A stretch of DNA of 64,000 nt from Chlorobiota bacterium. Lineage in GTDB: Bacteria > Bacteroidota > Ignavibacteria > Kapaibacteriales > UBA2268. Below the pieces are notes generated by a model. It was not told the DNA's origin and ran no database searches. It saw only the letters and a list, made by a program, of their open reading frames with translations. The stretch is from contig JBFHIJ010000013.1 in assembly GCA_041596515.1 (NCBI GenBank), positions 4,579-68,578 of the forward strand, read 5' to 3'. Both the position numbers and the translations under genes were made by a program. Shown in pieces: positions 1-10,649 of this stretch; the stretch's first letter is position 1; each line of letters opens with the position of its first letter.

Positions 1-479
1 CTCTGAATAGAGTTGGTGCTTTGAACAAAATTGGTAAGAAATTTAGCGAATTGGAACAGGAATTCGAAAGAGAGCCTACTGCGGCTGAGCTTGCAGAAGA
101 GCTTAACATGAGTGTTTCTGAAATCGCTGAAACTATCAAAATATCAGGCCGACATCTATCTGTGGATGCTCCTTTCGTGCAAGGTGAAGATAACCGTTTG
201 CTCGACGTGCTCCCTAATGAACAGCAGCCACCCCCCGATTCCGAGCTAATACGCGAATCTTTAAAGCGAGAAGTGCAGCAAGTACTGACAACGCTTTCTA
301 CAAGAGAAAGTGAAGTCATTAAGTTGTATTTCGGCTTAGAAGATCAGTGCTTAACTTTGGAAGAAATTGGTGAGAAATTTGGACTTACTCGCGAACGAGT
401 AAGACAGATTAAAGAAAAGGCAATCAGAAGATTGCGCCATGCTTCAAGGTCAAAAACTTTAAGAGCATATCTGGGATAA
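1..479 (+). CDS. rpoD: Primary sigma-70 factor (RpoD/SigA family), C-terminal part; 5' end lies outside the window
   Basis: Frame is open from position 3 ([12 protein letters not shown]). Region 3 SVDAPF and region 4 [32 protein letters not shown] are present. Confidence 0.88.
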   Translation, partial: LNRVGALNKIGKKFSELEQEFEREPTAAELAEELNMSVSEIAETIKISGRHLSVDAPFVQGEDNRLLDVLPNEQQPPPDSELIRESLKREVQQVLTTLSTRESEVIKLYFGLEDQCLTLEEIGEKFGLTRERVRQIKEKAIRRLRHASRSKTLRAYLG

Positions 480-488
480 AAATATTAC

Positions 489-1355
489 ATGAGCAATGTT
501 CAACATGAAAGGCCGGCAAGACAAAGTCGGCCTTCTTGGTTAAAGATAAAACCGCCCGCAGGTGAGAACTACAAAGAAATCAAAACCCTGATGAGCGGTC
601 ACAAACTACACACTGTATGCCAGGAAGCTAAGTGCCCTAATCTATCAGAATGTTGGGCTGCCAAAACAGCTACTTTCCTAATTTTAGGTGACATTTGCAA
701 CAGAGCATGCAGATTCTGTGCTGTTAAAACCGGCAAGTCTTTATTACCTGATGAAAATGAACCTGATAATCTGGCAGAGACTGTTAAGTCTATGGGGCTT
801 AAGCATGTGGTTATTACTTCAGTAACCAGAGACGATCTCCAAGACGGAGGCGCTGAGCACTGGGCTAAAGTTATTTCTAAAACTAAAGAGCTTAATCCTG
901 AAATTACGATGGAAGTACTTATTCCGGATTTTCAGGGAGATAAGCAGGCTCTTTATACTGTGCTCGAAGCAACCCCGGACGTACTCAATCATAACGTAGA
1001 AACGGTACCGAGACTATACTCTAAGGTTCGCCCCAAAGCAGATTTTCAGCAGTCGCTTGATGTGCTGAGATGGGCTAAAGAGAAAGGCTTTCGCACCAAA
1101 ACCGGCATTATGGTCGGACTTGGTGAGACTAAGGAAGAAGTTATCGAAGTAATGAAGCAAATAAGAAATGCGAATGTAGATATTATGACCATTGGTCAGT
1201 ATCTTCAGCCCACCAAAGAGCATCTTCCGGTGGAAGAGTATGTCTCATTGCGTCGCTTCGACGAATATAAACAAATTGGTTTGGAAATGGGGTTCGATTA
1301 CGTAGAATCTGCTCCATTGGTGAGGAGTTCCTACCATGCCCACAAGCACCTCTAA
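489..1355 (+). CDS. lipA: Lipoyl synthase
   Basis: CQEAKCPNLSEC auxiliary cluster motif, CNRACRFC radical-SAM motif and C-terminal VRSSYHA. Confidence 0.97.
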   Translation: MSNVQHERPARQSRPSWLKIKPPAGENYKEIKTLMSGHKLHTVCQEAKCPNLSECWAAKTATFLILGDICNRACRFCAVKTGKSLLPDENEPDNLAETVKSMGLKHVVITSVTRDDLQDGGAEHWAKVISKTKELNPEITMEVLIPDFQGDKQALYTVLEATPDVLNHNVETVPRLYSKVRPKADFQQSLDVLRWAKEKGFRTKTGIMVGLGETKEEVIEVMKQIRNANVDIMTIGQYLQPTKEHLPVEEYVSLRRFDEYKQIGLEMGFDYVESAPLVRSSYHAHKHL

Positions 1356-2124
1356 AATAAAAATTACAGTACTCGGCAGTGGCACTTCTATGGGAGTGCC
1401 AACTATTGGCTGTGAGTGCCCTACTTGCACCTCCGATGATCCTAAGGATGTTCGTTTGAGAAGTTCCCTATTAATTGAATCAGAAACTACAACTGTTTTA
1501 ATAGATACATCCTCTGACTTCAGAGCCCAGATGCTAAAGCATAAAGTCAAAAAATTAGATGCAGTGATGTTTACACATCATCATTTTGACCACATTAGTG
1601 GCTTTGACGATATTCGGGCATATAACTTTATCCATAAGGCATCTATACCCGTATACATCACTCAGAAGACTTTAAAAGAGCTAAAACGAGTATTTGTTTA
1701 TGCATTTGAAGTTCCTGAGCAGATAGGAGGCGGGGTTCCTCTATTTGATGTTAATATTATAGAAGCATATTCCACTTTCAAAATCGGCGATATAGAATTT
1801 CTACCAGTTAGACTGCTGCATGGTAAATTAGAAGTAATAGGGTTTATTATTAAAAACTTTGCTTACTGCACTGACACCAATTTTATACCTGCAGAGTCAA
1901 AGGAGCTGCTCCGAGGTAAAGAAATACTAATTATTGATGCTCTGAGATATGAAAAACACGAAACTCATTTCAGTTTGAGTGAGTCATTAGAACTAGCAGA
2001 TGAACTTGACATAAAGCAAACATATTTTACGCACATAGCGCACCAAATCAAACATAGCGAAGTTGAGCGGAACCTCCCTGAGGGCAGAAATCTATCCTAC
2101 GATGGTTTGGTTATTAATATATAG
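1336..2124 (+). CDS. MBL-fold metallohydrolase, PhnP-like
   Basis: LGSGTSMGVPTIGCECPTC and THHHFDH motifs. GAGGAG SD lies inside the lipA 3' end, giving a 20-nt overlap. Confidence 0.9.
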   Translation: MPTSTSKIKITVLGSGTSMGVPTIGCECPTCTSDDPKDVRLRSSLLIESETTTVLIDTSSDFRAQMLKHKVKKLDAVMFTHHHFDHISGFDDIRAYNFIHKASIPVYITQKTLKELKRVFVYAFEVPEQIGGGVPLFDVNIIEAYSTFKIGDIEFLPVRLLHGKLEVIGFIIKNFAYCTDTNFIPAESKELLRGKEILIIDALRYEKHETHFSLSESLELADELDIKQTYFTHIAHQIKHSEVERNLPEGRNLSYDGLVINI

Positions 2125-2136
2125 GAGACTAAAAAG

Positions 2137-2559
2137 ATGGGTAAACATACTGTTCAAATAGATGTTGATTATCTTGGTGATTTAAGCTGCCAAGTAACTC
2201 ATGTGCCTTCCGGTAACTCTTTTTTTACAGATGCTCCGCTAGATAATAACGGGCAAGCAAGGTACATTTCACCTACGGATCTTGCAGGTGCCTCCATTGC
2301 TGCTTGTATCTCAACTATAATGGGAATAAAAGCAGAAGCAAAAGGTATTGATATCAAAGGTATGAAAGTATCAGTCGTTAAAGAAATGGTTTCGGAACCA
2401 ACACGCCGTATAGGAAAGTTTGACATAGTAATCCGCTTTCCACATAAATTAAATGACAAAGATTTCCAACTACTCTCAAACGTGGTAAAAACCTGCCCGG
2501 TATCTAAAAGTTTAGCTCCTGAGGTAGATATAAACTTTAAGTTTGAGTTTGCGGAGTAG
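2137..2559 (+). CDS. OsmC family protein
   Basis: TDAPLDNNG, SPTDL..AC and CPV motifs with two conserved Cys. AGGAG SD upstream. Confidence 0.88.
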   Translation: MGKHTVQIDVDYLGDLSCQVTHVPSGNSFFTDAPLDNNGQARYISPTDLAGASIAACISTIMGIKAEAKGIDIKGMKVSVVKEMVSEPTRRIGKFDIVIRFPHKLNDKDFQLLSNVVKTCPVSKSLAPEVDINFKFEFAE

Positions 2560-2673
2560 GGGGCATCATTACACAGTGTCTTACTGCAGATAGCTAATTG
2601 ATGGATATATATAATTGTTTCTTGCGCTGGAAGTTAAGATTAAGTTGCTTGTAGCAAACTTAAATAAATAGTA

Positions 2674-4890
2674 TTAATACGAATTTTCTTTTTCTCGTAG
2701 GACTGCTTTTAGGTATAAACGTAAACGGTAGAGCTCATCCATGGAGAGTTGACTGTCTATCTCAGTAAAGACTTGAGTTATTCTGTCAAAACCAATAGAG
2801 TGGAACGCTTCCGTTGCTGCTTCCATTAGATATTTAGGTATAAAGATTTGCTTTTTAAAATAGGAACTGGGCAGGTTTTGCCCTTCGTCTATCATATATT
2901 CCATAATTCTGTATAAAGCTACTGGTTTTAACTCCAATGAATCTATCAGTGAGTCCATACTTTCCTTTGCTTTAACTGCATTAAGAATATTTACACGCGT
3001 GTTGCCTCCGGTACCATTAGTAGTAGTGTTAGTATTTACATTTTTTGTAGCTTTTGGTTTTATTGGAGCGTAATTGGTACCAAAATCAATATTAGTATTC
3101 ACATCTTTTATGCTTTTTTTGATGCAGTATTCTTTGATATGCTTGCTGAAAATGCCACAATACTTTTGGTATTTCTTCTTACCGACACCTGTAACTGCCA
3201 TCATAGCGTCTTTACTGATAGTATAATATTTAGCAAATTCGAGTAAAGTTTTATCTCCAAAAATAGCATAAGGCGGCAGATTGTTGTTATCTGCTAATGA
3301 TTTACGAACACTCCGCAACACTTCGAATAGCTCTTGCGAATGAGATTTGGCAACCGGAATTTTGCGTTTAGCTTTGCCTGAAAGATAGCCGAATACAAGC
3401 ATTTTGCTTTTGAATATTTCTTTAGATTTGTCATTTATGGCAAGCAAGCCTTCCTGTTCTTCGTATAGGTTTTGTTCCCAAAACTGAGCTACTACTTTCT
3501 GCCATTGCTCTTTCGTGTACTCTTTACCAATGCCGTAAGTTGATACTTTATTCAATTCATTTTTATAAATAGTAGTCGTTATCTTGCCGGTCAAAGTATC
3601 TATTACGGTATCTAAATCATGTTTCTGACCGACTCTATATATGCAGGAAAGGAATTTTTTTGCAGGTATGGTGAGGTCGATAATAGATTCATCTTCTTCG
3701 ATACAGCAATCGCACATACCGCAGTTATCCTCGCTGGTTTTTTCTCCAAAGTAATTGAGTACAAAACTTTTCCTACAGTCATTAGTTTCGCAGAAACTAA
3801 CTATTTTATTGAGTTGAGCTTTGGCTATTTTCTGTTCTTTTTCTTCTTTCTGATTGATAAAGAATTCTATCTTAAATTTATCAGCATAGCTATACATTAG
3901 TAGGCAATTAGCTCGCAGTCCGTCTCTTCCTGCCCTCCCTATTTCCTGATAGTATGACTCCAGACTTTTAGGTAAGTCATGGTGAACAACAAAACGGACG
4001 TTTGGCTTATTGATCCCCATCCCAAATGCTATAGTGGCAACAACGATATTTACATCATCTTTTATAAAGCGCTCTTGATTGGAATGGCGAATCCTTTCGT
4101 TCAAGCCGGCGTGATAAGGCAAAACAGAATAGCCGTCCCTTTGCAATTTCTCAGATATTTCCTCTGTTTGTTTTCTGGAAAAGCAATAGATAATACCTGA
4201 CTGCCCCGGAAATCTATTGATAAATGATTTTAGCTGCTTGTATGCATCATGCTTTTCTATCACCTGAAGGAAAAGATTTTCACGATTGAAAGAAGATATA
4301 AAAGATTTATGGTTATTGTAATTCAGATTTTTTACAATGTCCTGCCTTACTTTTGGCGTAGCAGTAGCAGTGAGAGCTACGCAAGCCGCATTAGGTAATT
4401 TTTGCCTTATTTTGGCAATCTCACGATATTCAGGTCGAAAGTCATGTCCCCATTCAGAAATGCAGTGTGCTTCATCAACAGTGATGCAGTCCACCTGTAC
4501 CATCTCTAAAAGTTCGATAATTTGCGGTCTGAAAAGTGATTCGGGAGCAAGATAAAGTAGCTTTACTTTACCTTCTCGGACAAGATCATAGTAATAGCGA
4601 TACTCTTCTTTTGGTATAGAACTATTTAGCATTACTGCATCTATTCCATATTCTCGAAGCTGCTCTACCTGATCTTTCATCAGAGAAATAAGCGGTGAGA
4701 TAACAATAGTCACGCCATCGAAGATCATAGCAGGAATCTGATAACAAAGAGACTTACCTCCACCAGTCGGCATAATAACCAGTGTATCTTTCTTCTCTAA
4801 TACATTTGATATAGCCTCGCCCTGCAGCTCTCTAAAAGCTTTATAGCCGAAGACAGTTTGCAATATTTCCAAATGCTTTGATTTAGACAA
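2674..4890 (-). CDS. recQ: DNA helicase RecQ
   Basis: MPTGGGKSLCYQ, VDEAHCISEWGHDFRPEY, QEIGRAGRDG, Zn-binding Cys residues, and RQC and HRDC regions. Confidence 0.96.
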   Translation of the reverse strand: MSKSKHLEILQTVFGYKAFRELQGEAISNVLEKKDTLVIMPTGGGKSLCYQIPAMIFDGVTIVISPLISLMKDQVEQLREYGIDAVMLNSSIPKEEYRYYYDLVREGKVKLLYLAPESLFRPQIIELLEMVQVDCITVDEAHCISEWGHDFRPEYREIAKIRQKLPNAACVALTATATPKVRQDIVKNLNYNNHKSFISSFNRENLFLQVIEKHDAYKQLKSFINRFPGQSGIIYCFSRKQTEEISEKLQRDGYSVLPYHAGLNERIRHSNQERFIKDDVNIVVATIAFGMGINKPNVRFVVHHDLPKSLESYYQEIGRAGRDGLRANCLLMYSYADKFKIEFFINQKEEKEQKIAKAQLNKIVSFCETNDCRKSFVLNYFGEKTSEDNCGMCDCCIEEDESIIDLTIPAKKFLSCIYRVGQKHDLDTVIDTLTGKITTTIYKNELNKVSTYGIGKEYTKEQWQKVVAQFWEQNLYEEQEGLLAINDKSKEIFKSKMLVFGYLSGKAKRKIPVAKSHSQELFEVLRSVRKSLADNNNLPPYAIFGDKTLLEFAKYYTISKDAMMAVTGVGKKKYQKYCGIFSKHIKEYCIKKSIKDVNTNIDFGTNYAPIKPKATKNVNTNTTTNGTGGNTRVNILNAVKAKESMDSLIDSLELKPVALYRIMEYMIDEGQNLPSSYFKKQIFIPKYLMEAATEAFHSIGFDRITQVFTEIDSQLSMDELYRLRLYLKAVLREKENSY

Positions 4891-5085
4891 AGTTTTTCCG
4901 CTTGTGGTAAGTATAGATTTAATAATTATAGTGAATTAGACGGCAAAGAGCAAAAATATTCGCAAGAATGTGGAAAAAGTTTGAGTGGTCATTATAATCA
5001 TCTCACGAAAATATTTTTTATCATACCGCCTTTCACAAGTTATTTTTATAAAAGCATGATTCCTGTTGCATGGTGGAGCAAATAT

Positions 5086-5502
5086 CTATTCGCCTATAAT
5101 TTTTACAAGTACCCTTTTCTTTCTTTTACCGTCATATTCGCCGTAAAAAATCTGCTCCCATGGGCCAAAGTCAAGTTTGCCGTCAGTGATAGCACAAGTT
5201 ACTTCTCTGCCCATGATTTGCCTTTTTAAGTGAGCATCTGCATTGTCTTCATAGCCATTATGTGCATATTGAGAATGTGGCTTTTCAGGAGCCAGTTTTT
5301 CTAACCATAGTTCAAAGTCACTATGCAAACCGGATTCGTCATCATTGATAAATACGCTTGCAGTAATGTGCATAGCATTTACCAAAATTATTCCTTCTTT
5401 GATGCCGCTTTCATCTATGCACTGCTGCACGTCTCTAGTGATATTAATATATTGTCTTCGTTGCGTAGTGTTAAACCACAGCTCTTTTCTATAGCTTTTC
5501 AT
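5086..5502 (-). CDS. yjbQ: YjbQ/UPF0047 family protein (secondary thiamine-phosphate synthase); start re-called to ATG 5502
   Basis: [18 protein letters not shown] and [13 protein letters not shown] motifs. TATATTTG promoter element lies inside the longer ORF call. Confidence 0.9.
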   Translation of the reverse strand: MKSYRKELWFNTTQRRQYINITRDVQQCIDESGIKEGIILVNAMHITASVFINDDESGLHSDFELWLEKLAPEKPHSQYAHNGYEDNADAHLKRQIMGREVTCAITDGKLDFGPWEQIFYGEYDGKRKKRVLVKIIGE

Positions 5503-5634
5503 TTTTAGCCTCTGATTGATAAAATTAAATTGTAGAAGCAAATATAATATTATGCAAAATAAAAGAAAAATTGTAACATTGCATAAAGTTATGTGTCTAT
5601 ACAGTAATATAGATTTATATAGGAATTCAAAAAT

Positions 5635-6171
5635 ATGAAATATATAGTTATTAGTTTATTGTCTTTGCTACTGTTTTCCTGTGCCAAGGAAGTATCGAAC
5701 AATCCGGTAAATACTGAAATAGAATTTGACACCGGAAGTTTTAAATTTGGAAGTGAAGCTCCTGATTTTGAAGTTAGAGATATTGGTGGCAATGCTATTA
5801 AACTAAGCGATTATCGTGGCAAAGTAGTGTTTATAGACTTTTGGGCTTCATGGTGTAATATCTGCACGAAAGCTATGCCGGAAGTAAAGTCAATATATAA
5901 AAAATATAAAGACAGCGAATTTGCTATGATTAGCATATCTCTTGATTATCAAGAAGATGCCTGGAAGCAAGCCATAATGTCTTACGATATGGAATGGACT
6001 CAAGTGTTTGACCAAAAACCACCATCTGAGCAAAATATAGCATCTTTAAAATATAATATACCCGGAATACCCACGGTGGCTATTATTGATAAAGAAGGAA
6101 GGCTGCGCTACCTGAGTTACCATAATAAGATACAGATTGAAACAGTTATAGATATGTATATTGATAAATAG
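5635..6171 (+). CDS. TlpA-family thioredoxin-like lipoprotein
   Basis: Lipobox LFSC and FWASWCNIC CxxC motif. Confidence 0.9.
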   Translation: MKYIVISLLSLLLFSCAKEVSNNPVNTEIEFDTGSFKFGSEAPDFEVRDIGGNAIKLSDYRGKVVFIDFWASWCNICTKAMPEVKSIYKKYKDSEFAMISISLDYQEDAWKQAIMSYDMEWTQVFDQKPPSEQNIASLKYNIPGIPTVAIIDKEGRLRYLSYHNKIQIETVIDMYIDK

Positions 6172-6316
6172 ATTTGATTCCGGGAATTACTATGATTAAG
6201 CTTGGCTTGGAACTGATATCGATTCTCAACACTATATTTAAGTTGAAAGCATCGCTAGATATAACAGGATAGATACTAAATCTGTATAACTTAAAAAAAA
6301 TAGTTCCATGATAATA

Positions 6317-7783
6317 CTATTTGCCCCACTTCATTATCTCTTCTTTATCGTCGAAATGATGTCTTGTAGTGCCTAATATTTGGTACGTTTCGTGACCCTT
6401 TCCGGCTATCAGAATTATGTCGTCTTTCATTGATATTTGATATGCCAGCTTGATTGCTTCGGCTCTACCTGGAATTTCACAGCAGTTGTGACGGAATTCA
6501 ATTCCTTCAAATATTTCTTTTCTGATGGAAGTCGGATCTTCTGTTCTTGGGTTGTCATCAGTTACAATGCTGAAATGAGCGGTGTCAGTGCTTATATTTC
6601 CCATTTTAGGACGTTTTGTGCGGTCTCTGTTTCCACCGCATCCGAATACAGAAATTAGCTTTCCTTTAGAACCCGATTCTATAAGTACTTCTTTTGCTGC
6701 TTTTAGTGCTTTGTCTAATGCATCAGGTGTGTGAGCGTAGTCTATCAGTCCAACAGCTCCGTTTGCCAGATTTACTCTGTCCATTCTGCCGGGAGCACCT
6801 TTTGCGGTGCTGACTGCTTGTTTCACTTGATATGGCTCTTCATTTTCCAATATTGGTAGAGAAAGAGCCATTGCTATATTATCAATATTAAATTTTCCAA
6901 TCAGCGAAGTGCTGAAATCCATTTTTGTATTGTGCTGTATGGAAAAAGTCATACCACTGATTTTTGAATTCTCATCTAATATTTGTATGGTATTTGTAGC
7001 ATTCCTTCCTATACTATATATCTTTTCTGTAGTGCAATTCTTAAGTATTGCTTTTGAGTAATCATCATCACCATTTACGATAGCAAATCCATCTGTTTGA
7101 ATTCTGCTGAATAGGATGCTTTTAGCTGCTGCGTACTCATGCATAGTTTTATGGTAATCTAAATGTTCATGACTCAAATTAGTGAATATACCTGCCTTAA
7201 AGCTAATGTTATCAGCTCTGCTCTGCACTAATGCGTGAGAAGAAACTTCCATAAATACTTTTTCTATTCCTGCATCTACCATATCTGCTAAAAGTTCTGC
7301 TAATTCAAGCGACTCAGGAGTTGTGTGAGAAGCTTCAATTTTCTTTTCGCCTATATAAATTCCTGTGGTGCCTATGATTCCGGTTTTGTAGCCCAAAGAT
7401 TTATAGATATGCTTCATAATAAATGAAATAGTAGTCTTTCCATTTGTGCCGGTGATGCCATATATATCGAGTTTTTCAGCCGGTCTGTCATAGAAATTGT
7501 GAGCAAGGTCTGATAATGTTTTTCTGGAATTATCTACAGTTAGATAAGCTACATTTTCTTTTATTTTATCTGGTAATATCTCGCAGACAATTACAGAAGC
7601 GCCAAGTTCTATAGCTTTGTCTATATATTTATGACCATCAGTTTGCTCTCCTCGCATAGCAACGAATAAATCACCGGTGTTGACTTTTCGCGAATCGTAG
7701 CAAATATTTGATATTGTAGAAGGGAATGAACCTTTATGTCCAATTATGTTTATATCTTTTATAAGAGCTTCAAAGTTTTTCAT
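6317..7783 (-). CDS. murE: UDP-MurNAc-L-Ala-D-Glu:meso-DAP ligase
   Basis: GITGTNGKTT, MEVSSHAL, DYAHTPDAL, DNPR (DAP-specific) and AGKGHE motifs. Confidence 0.96.
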   Translation of the reverse strand: MKNFEALIKDINIIGHKGSFPSTISNICYDSRKVNTGDLFVAMRGEQTDGHKYIDKAIELGASVIVCEILPDKIKENVAYLTVDNSRKTLSDLAHNFYDRPAEKLDIYGITGTNGKTTISFIMKHIYKSLGYKTGIIGTTGIYIGEKKIEASHTTPESLELAELLADMVDAGIEKVFMEVSSHALVQSRADNISFKAGIFTNLSHEHLDYHKTMHEYAAAKSILFSRIQTDGFAIVNGDDDYSKAILKNCTTEKIYSIGRNATNTIQILDENSKISGMTFSIQHNTKMDFSTSLIGKFNIDNIAMALSLPILENEEPYQVKQAVSTAKGAPGRMDRVNLANGAVGLIDYAHTPDALDKALKAAKEVLIESGSKGKLISVFGCGGNRDRTKRPKMGNISTDTAHFSIVTDDNPRTEDPTSIRKEIFEGIEFRHNCCEIPGRAEAIKLAYQISMKDDIILIAGKGHETYQILGTTRHHFDDKEEIMKWGK

Positions 7784-7983
7784 AGGAAATCGTTTCCTTG
7801 TAATTTACTAAATTGCTTCCTCTGAGTATAGGTAAGCATTTTTATCTTATATTTAAAGTATATTTCGCAGTTCAATTTTGATTGAAAGCTTAGGTATATT
7901 ATTAGGAATTAGAGTACTTACTTTGCTTGATAAGACACACTATGTGAATGTACAAAATCACAGTTCAAAAATAGGAAGAAAAA

Positions 7984-8781
7984 TTGAAAAGATATATATT
8001 AGTATTGACATTTTTAATGATAAGTAGTTGTATTTCATCAAAAGCCGCCGCATTAGACTCTATATTATGGCATGACGTCAAAGCATTTGGCAGAGATTTC
8101 ACTGGTGTTGGTAGTTCTTTAGTCTCCAATAGAAATGATGAAGTATACTATTTGGGAGCGTCTTTTTTGCTAAGTTTGGCAGCAATGCCTACTGACCGGA
8201 CTGTGCAGGATTTTACGCAAAGAAATACATCTCTGTTTGCAGATGACTACTTTGATTTTGTAGATAACTACGGGCTGAAGACAAGTGCTGCAATCTTTAC
8301 AGCTGTACCTTATTTATATGGTCTTGTCTCAGGCGATGAATATGTAAGAGTTACCGGAAGATTAGTAGGAGAGTCTATAATTTTGGCAGGGGTAGTTACA
8401 GGCTCTTTAAAAATAATATTAGGGCGAGCAAGACCTACAAATCAGGATGACAACTACAATTTTCAGTATTTTGAATTAGATGATGAGTATAATTCCTTCC
8501 CATCGGGTCATACTACAATCGCATTTGCTATATCTTCTGTAGTAGCCGGCAGAGTAAATCGATGGTGGGCTTATGTAGGGGCTTATGGTCTATCTGCCTC
8601 TACTGCTTATGCTAGGATGTATAAAAACAGGCACTGGTTCAGCGATGTATTGCTTGGAGCAGCTATCGGTACCTTAAGTGGCTTGGCAGTAATGGACGCT
8701 CATGATAATGACTGTCATGATAGAACATCGCTCTCGTTATATGCCACTCCAGTCGGGGTAGGGGTAGTGTATAGGTTTTAA
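7984..8781 (+). CDS. PAP2 family phosphatase
   Basis: KIILGRARP, SFPSGH and ARMYKNRHWFSDV motifs plus an N-terminal signal. Confidence 0.9.
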   Translation: MKRYILVLTFLMISSCISSKAAALDSILWHDVKAFGRDFTGVGSSLVSNRNDEVYYLGASFLLSLAAMPTDRTVQDFTQRNTSLFADDYFDFVDNYGLKTSAAIFTAVPYLYGLVSGDEYVRVTGRLVGESIILAGVVTGSLKIILGRARPTNQDDNYNFQYFELDDEYNSFPSGHTTIAFAISSVVAGRVNRWWAYVGAYGLSASTAYARMYKNRHWFSDVLLGAAIGTLSGLAVMDAHDNDCHDRTSLSLYATPVGVGVVYRF

Positions 8782-8791
8782 GGATGAAAAT

Positions 8792-9238
8792 ATGCTATTC
8801 GGAAAACTATTTGTTTTAAAGATATTCAAGATTATAACCACTATTGTTATATATCTGTTTACTTACGAGTATCTGCTTTATGTTTATCATGAGTTGAGTG
8901 AAGCTATACTTGGTGGTTTCAGGAGAGATATTTCTTGGGGGATAGGAATTTACTCTTTTTTTTGTTTTTATATTGTCTTGACTTTAATTTATCATATAAT
9001 GGCTTTATTCTTAAAGCAGAGGAGTAAAAAGATACTATTGATTGGTTTACAAATTGGTCTTGTCGTCTTTTTGATTAATTCCATCAGATGGAATCCTTAT
9101 AAAACCATATGTATAGTTGTACCTGCAATATTTTTGAGTCTTTATATTCCCTTCAGACTTGTTCGAATTTCAACAAAACTGAGACATTTGGATAGTTTAG
9201 AAATAACTGAGTGGCTGCATGATTATACTAAAGTTTAG
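8792..9238 (+). CDS. Hypothetical membrane protein (about 4 TM segments)
   Basis: Hydrophobic ORF starting 10 nt after the PAP2 gene with an AAGGA SD. No family recognised. Confidence 0.6.
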   Translation: MLFGKLFVLKIFKIITTIVIYLFTYEYLLYVYHELSEAILGGFRRDISWGIGIYSFFCFYIVLTLIYHIMALFLKQRSKKILLIGLQIGLVVFLINSIRWNPYKTICIVVPAIFLSLYIPFRLVRISTKLRHLDSLEITEWLHDYTKV

Positions 9239-9283
9239 TAGGAGGCATGGATCTAAATGGTGTGATAAACCTTTTTCTACTAC

Positions 9284-9314
9284 AAAAAAAAAAGAGACCC
9301 AAATGAGTCTCTTT
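9284..9314 (-). terminator. Intrinsic terminator after tolC, possibly bidirectional
   Basis: AAAGAGAC/GTCTCTTT stem with an adjacent A10 run. Confidence 0.7.
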
Positions 9315-9337
9315 AAAAAGTTATATATCTGCAATGC

Positions 9338-10642
9338 TTATCTTCTATAAACTATCTGACCGGTAAGCTTCTTCAGCTCTTGCTCCGATGCAATAAGATT
9401 GTATGTAGACTGTATTTGATCAAATGCAGCATTCAGATAAATCAGTTGAATATCTCTGTAATTGAAAGAACTGATAGCGCCTGAATCAAATTTTTGCTCA
9501 GCTATCTGTAAATTCAACTCAGCACTTTTCAAGTTTTCAGTAGAAACATTAAATAAATCTTTACGTAATTTATAAAGCTCTACCTGAAATTTCAAAGTGT
9601 TTTCAAGTCTTATTTGAGTTTCGCTAATTCGGTACTCGCCCGTTTCTACATCAATTTTTGCAGCTTCCAAAGCTCTTTCTGTATTCCCTCCGTTAAAGAT
9701 GTTTACAGAGAGTCTTAGATTAGCATAATAGTCATAGTTATCAGAGCTTGTAGCGTCCATCCCTTGGTATTTGACTCGTGCATTATTATAGTCAAATCCA
9801 GAACCCAAAGTAAGCTGTGGCAGCCAAGCATTTTCGTTAATGCTAAGCTCTGATTTTAAAATATTCTGATTATATTTCAAACTTTTGAGCGATTTATTAT
9901 TTTCAAACATCAAAGTGCGAAGCTCTGCAAAATTAGCTTCCATATTTTCAGGTTGAATCTCACCAATAGGCTCAAATTTAGTATCATCAGTTTCGCCAAG
10001 CAGTAGATTTAATTCACGCAATGCATTGCGATAGTTTATCTCTTGATATAACAAATTTGTAGAGTCTTTTAGGTAGTTGTTTTTAAGTTGAAGTACCTCA
10101 AAAGTTACAGCATTGCCTAGGTCCTTTGCGATTTCAACCCTTCTGTACCTGTCAGCAGAAAGGGACATTACTTTATTTAAAACGTCTAATTTTTGTTTGT
10201 CCAACTGAGCTTGATGGTAAGCTAAGGTAATATCTTTAACAAGAGTTTCCTTAGTATCATATTCGCTGTTTTGCGCTAATTTATCATAAGTCTCTAATTT
10301 GTCTTTTCTGTCTGCAATTGAGAATCCGTCAAAAAGCACCCAATTCAAACCCAAAGATGCAGATAAAGAATTAGTAGTACTTTCGTCAGGCATAGTAGCC
10401 GCAGGGCGGTTATCTAAGCGATTCCCCTGAGTTACAGTTGCGTCAAGAGTAGGATACCTGCCTGCAGCACCCCATGCGTTGTTTATTCCAGCCAGTTTGC
10501 TGGAGGCACGAGCTATTTTTACTTGATGATTGTTATCAAGTCCAATTATGATGGCGTCTTCCAGGCTAATCTCTCTTGCTGAAGTAACAGAAAGAGAGCA
10601 AGCCAGAGTCAGCATAAATATTATATTTTTGTATATTTTCAT
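9338..10642 (-). CDS. TolC family outer-membrane efflux protein
   Basis: Signal peptide, OEP-type duplicated halves, last gene of the RND operon. Confidence 0.92.
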   Translation of the reverse strand: MKIYKNIIFMLTLACSLSVTSAREISLEDAIIIGLDNNHQVKIARASSKLAGINNAWGAAGRYPTLDATVTQGNRLDNRPAATMPDESTTNSLSASLGLNWVLFDGFSIADRKDKLETYDKLAQNSEYDTKETLVKDITLAYHQAQLDKQKLDVLNKVMSLSADRYRRVEIAKDLGNAVTFEVLQLKNNYLKDSTNLLYQEINYRNALRELNLLLGETDDTKFEPIGEIQPENMEANFAELRTLMFENNKSLKSLKYNQNILKSELSINENAWLPQLTLGSGFDYNNARVKYQGMDATSSDNYDYYANLRLSVNIFNGGNTERALEAAKIDVETGEYRISETQIRLENTLKFQVELYKLRKDLFNVSTENLKSAELNLQIAEQKFDSGAISSFNYRDIQLIYLNAAFDQIQSTYNLIASEQELKKLTGQIVYRR

Positions 10643-10649
10643 TTGATTA

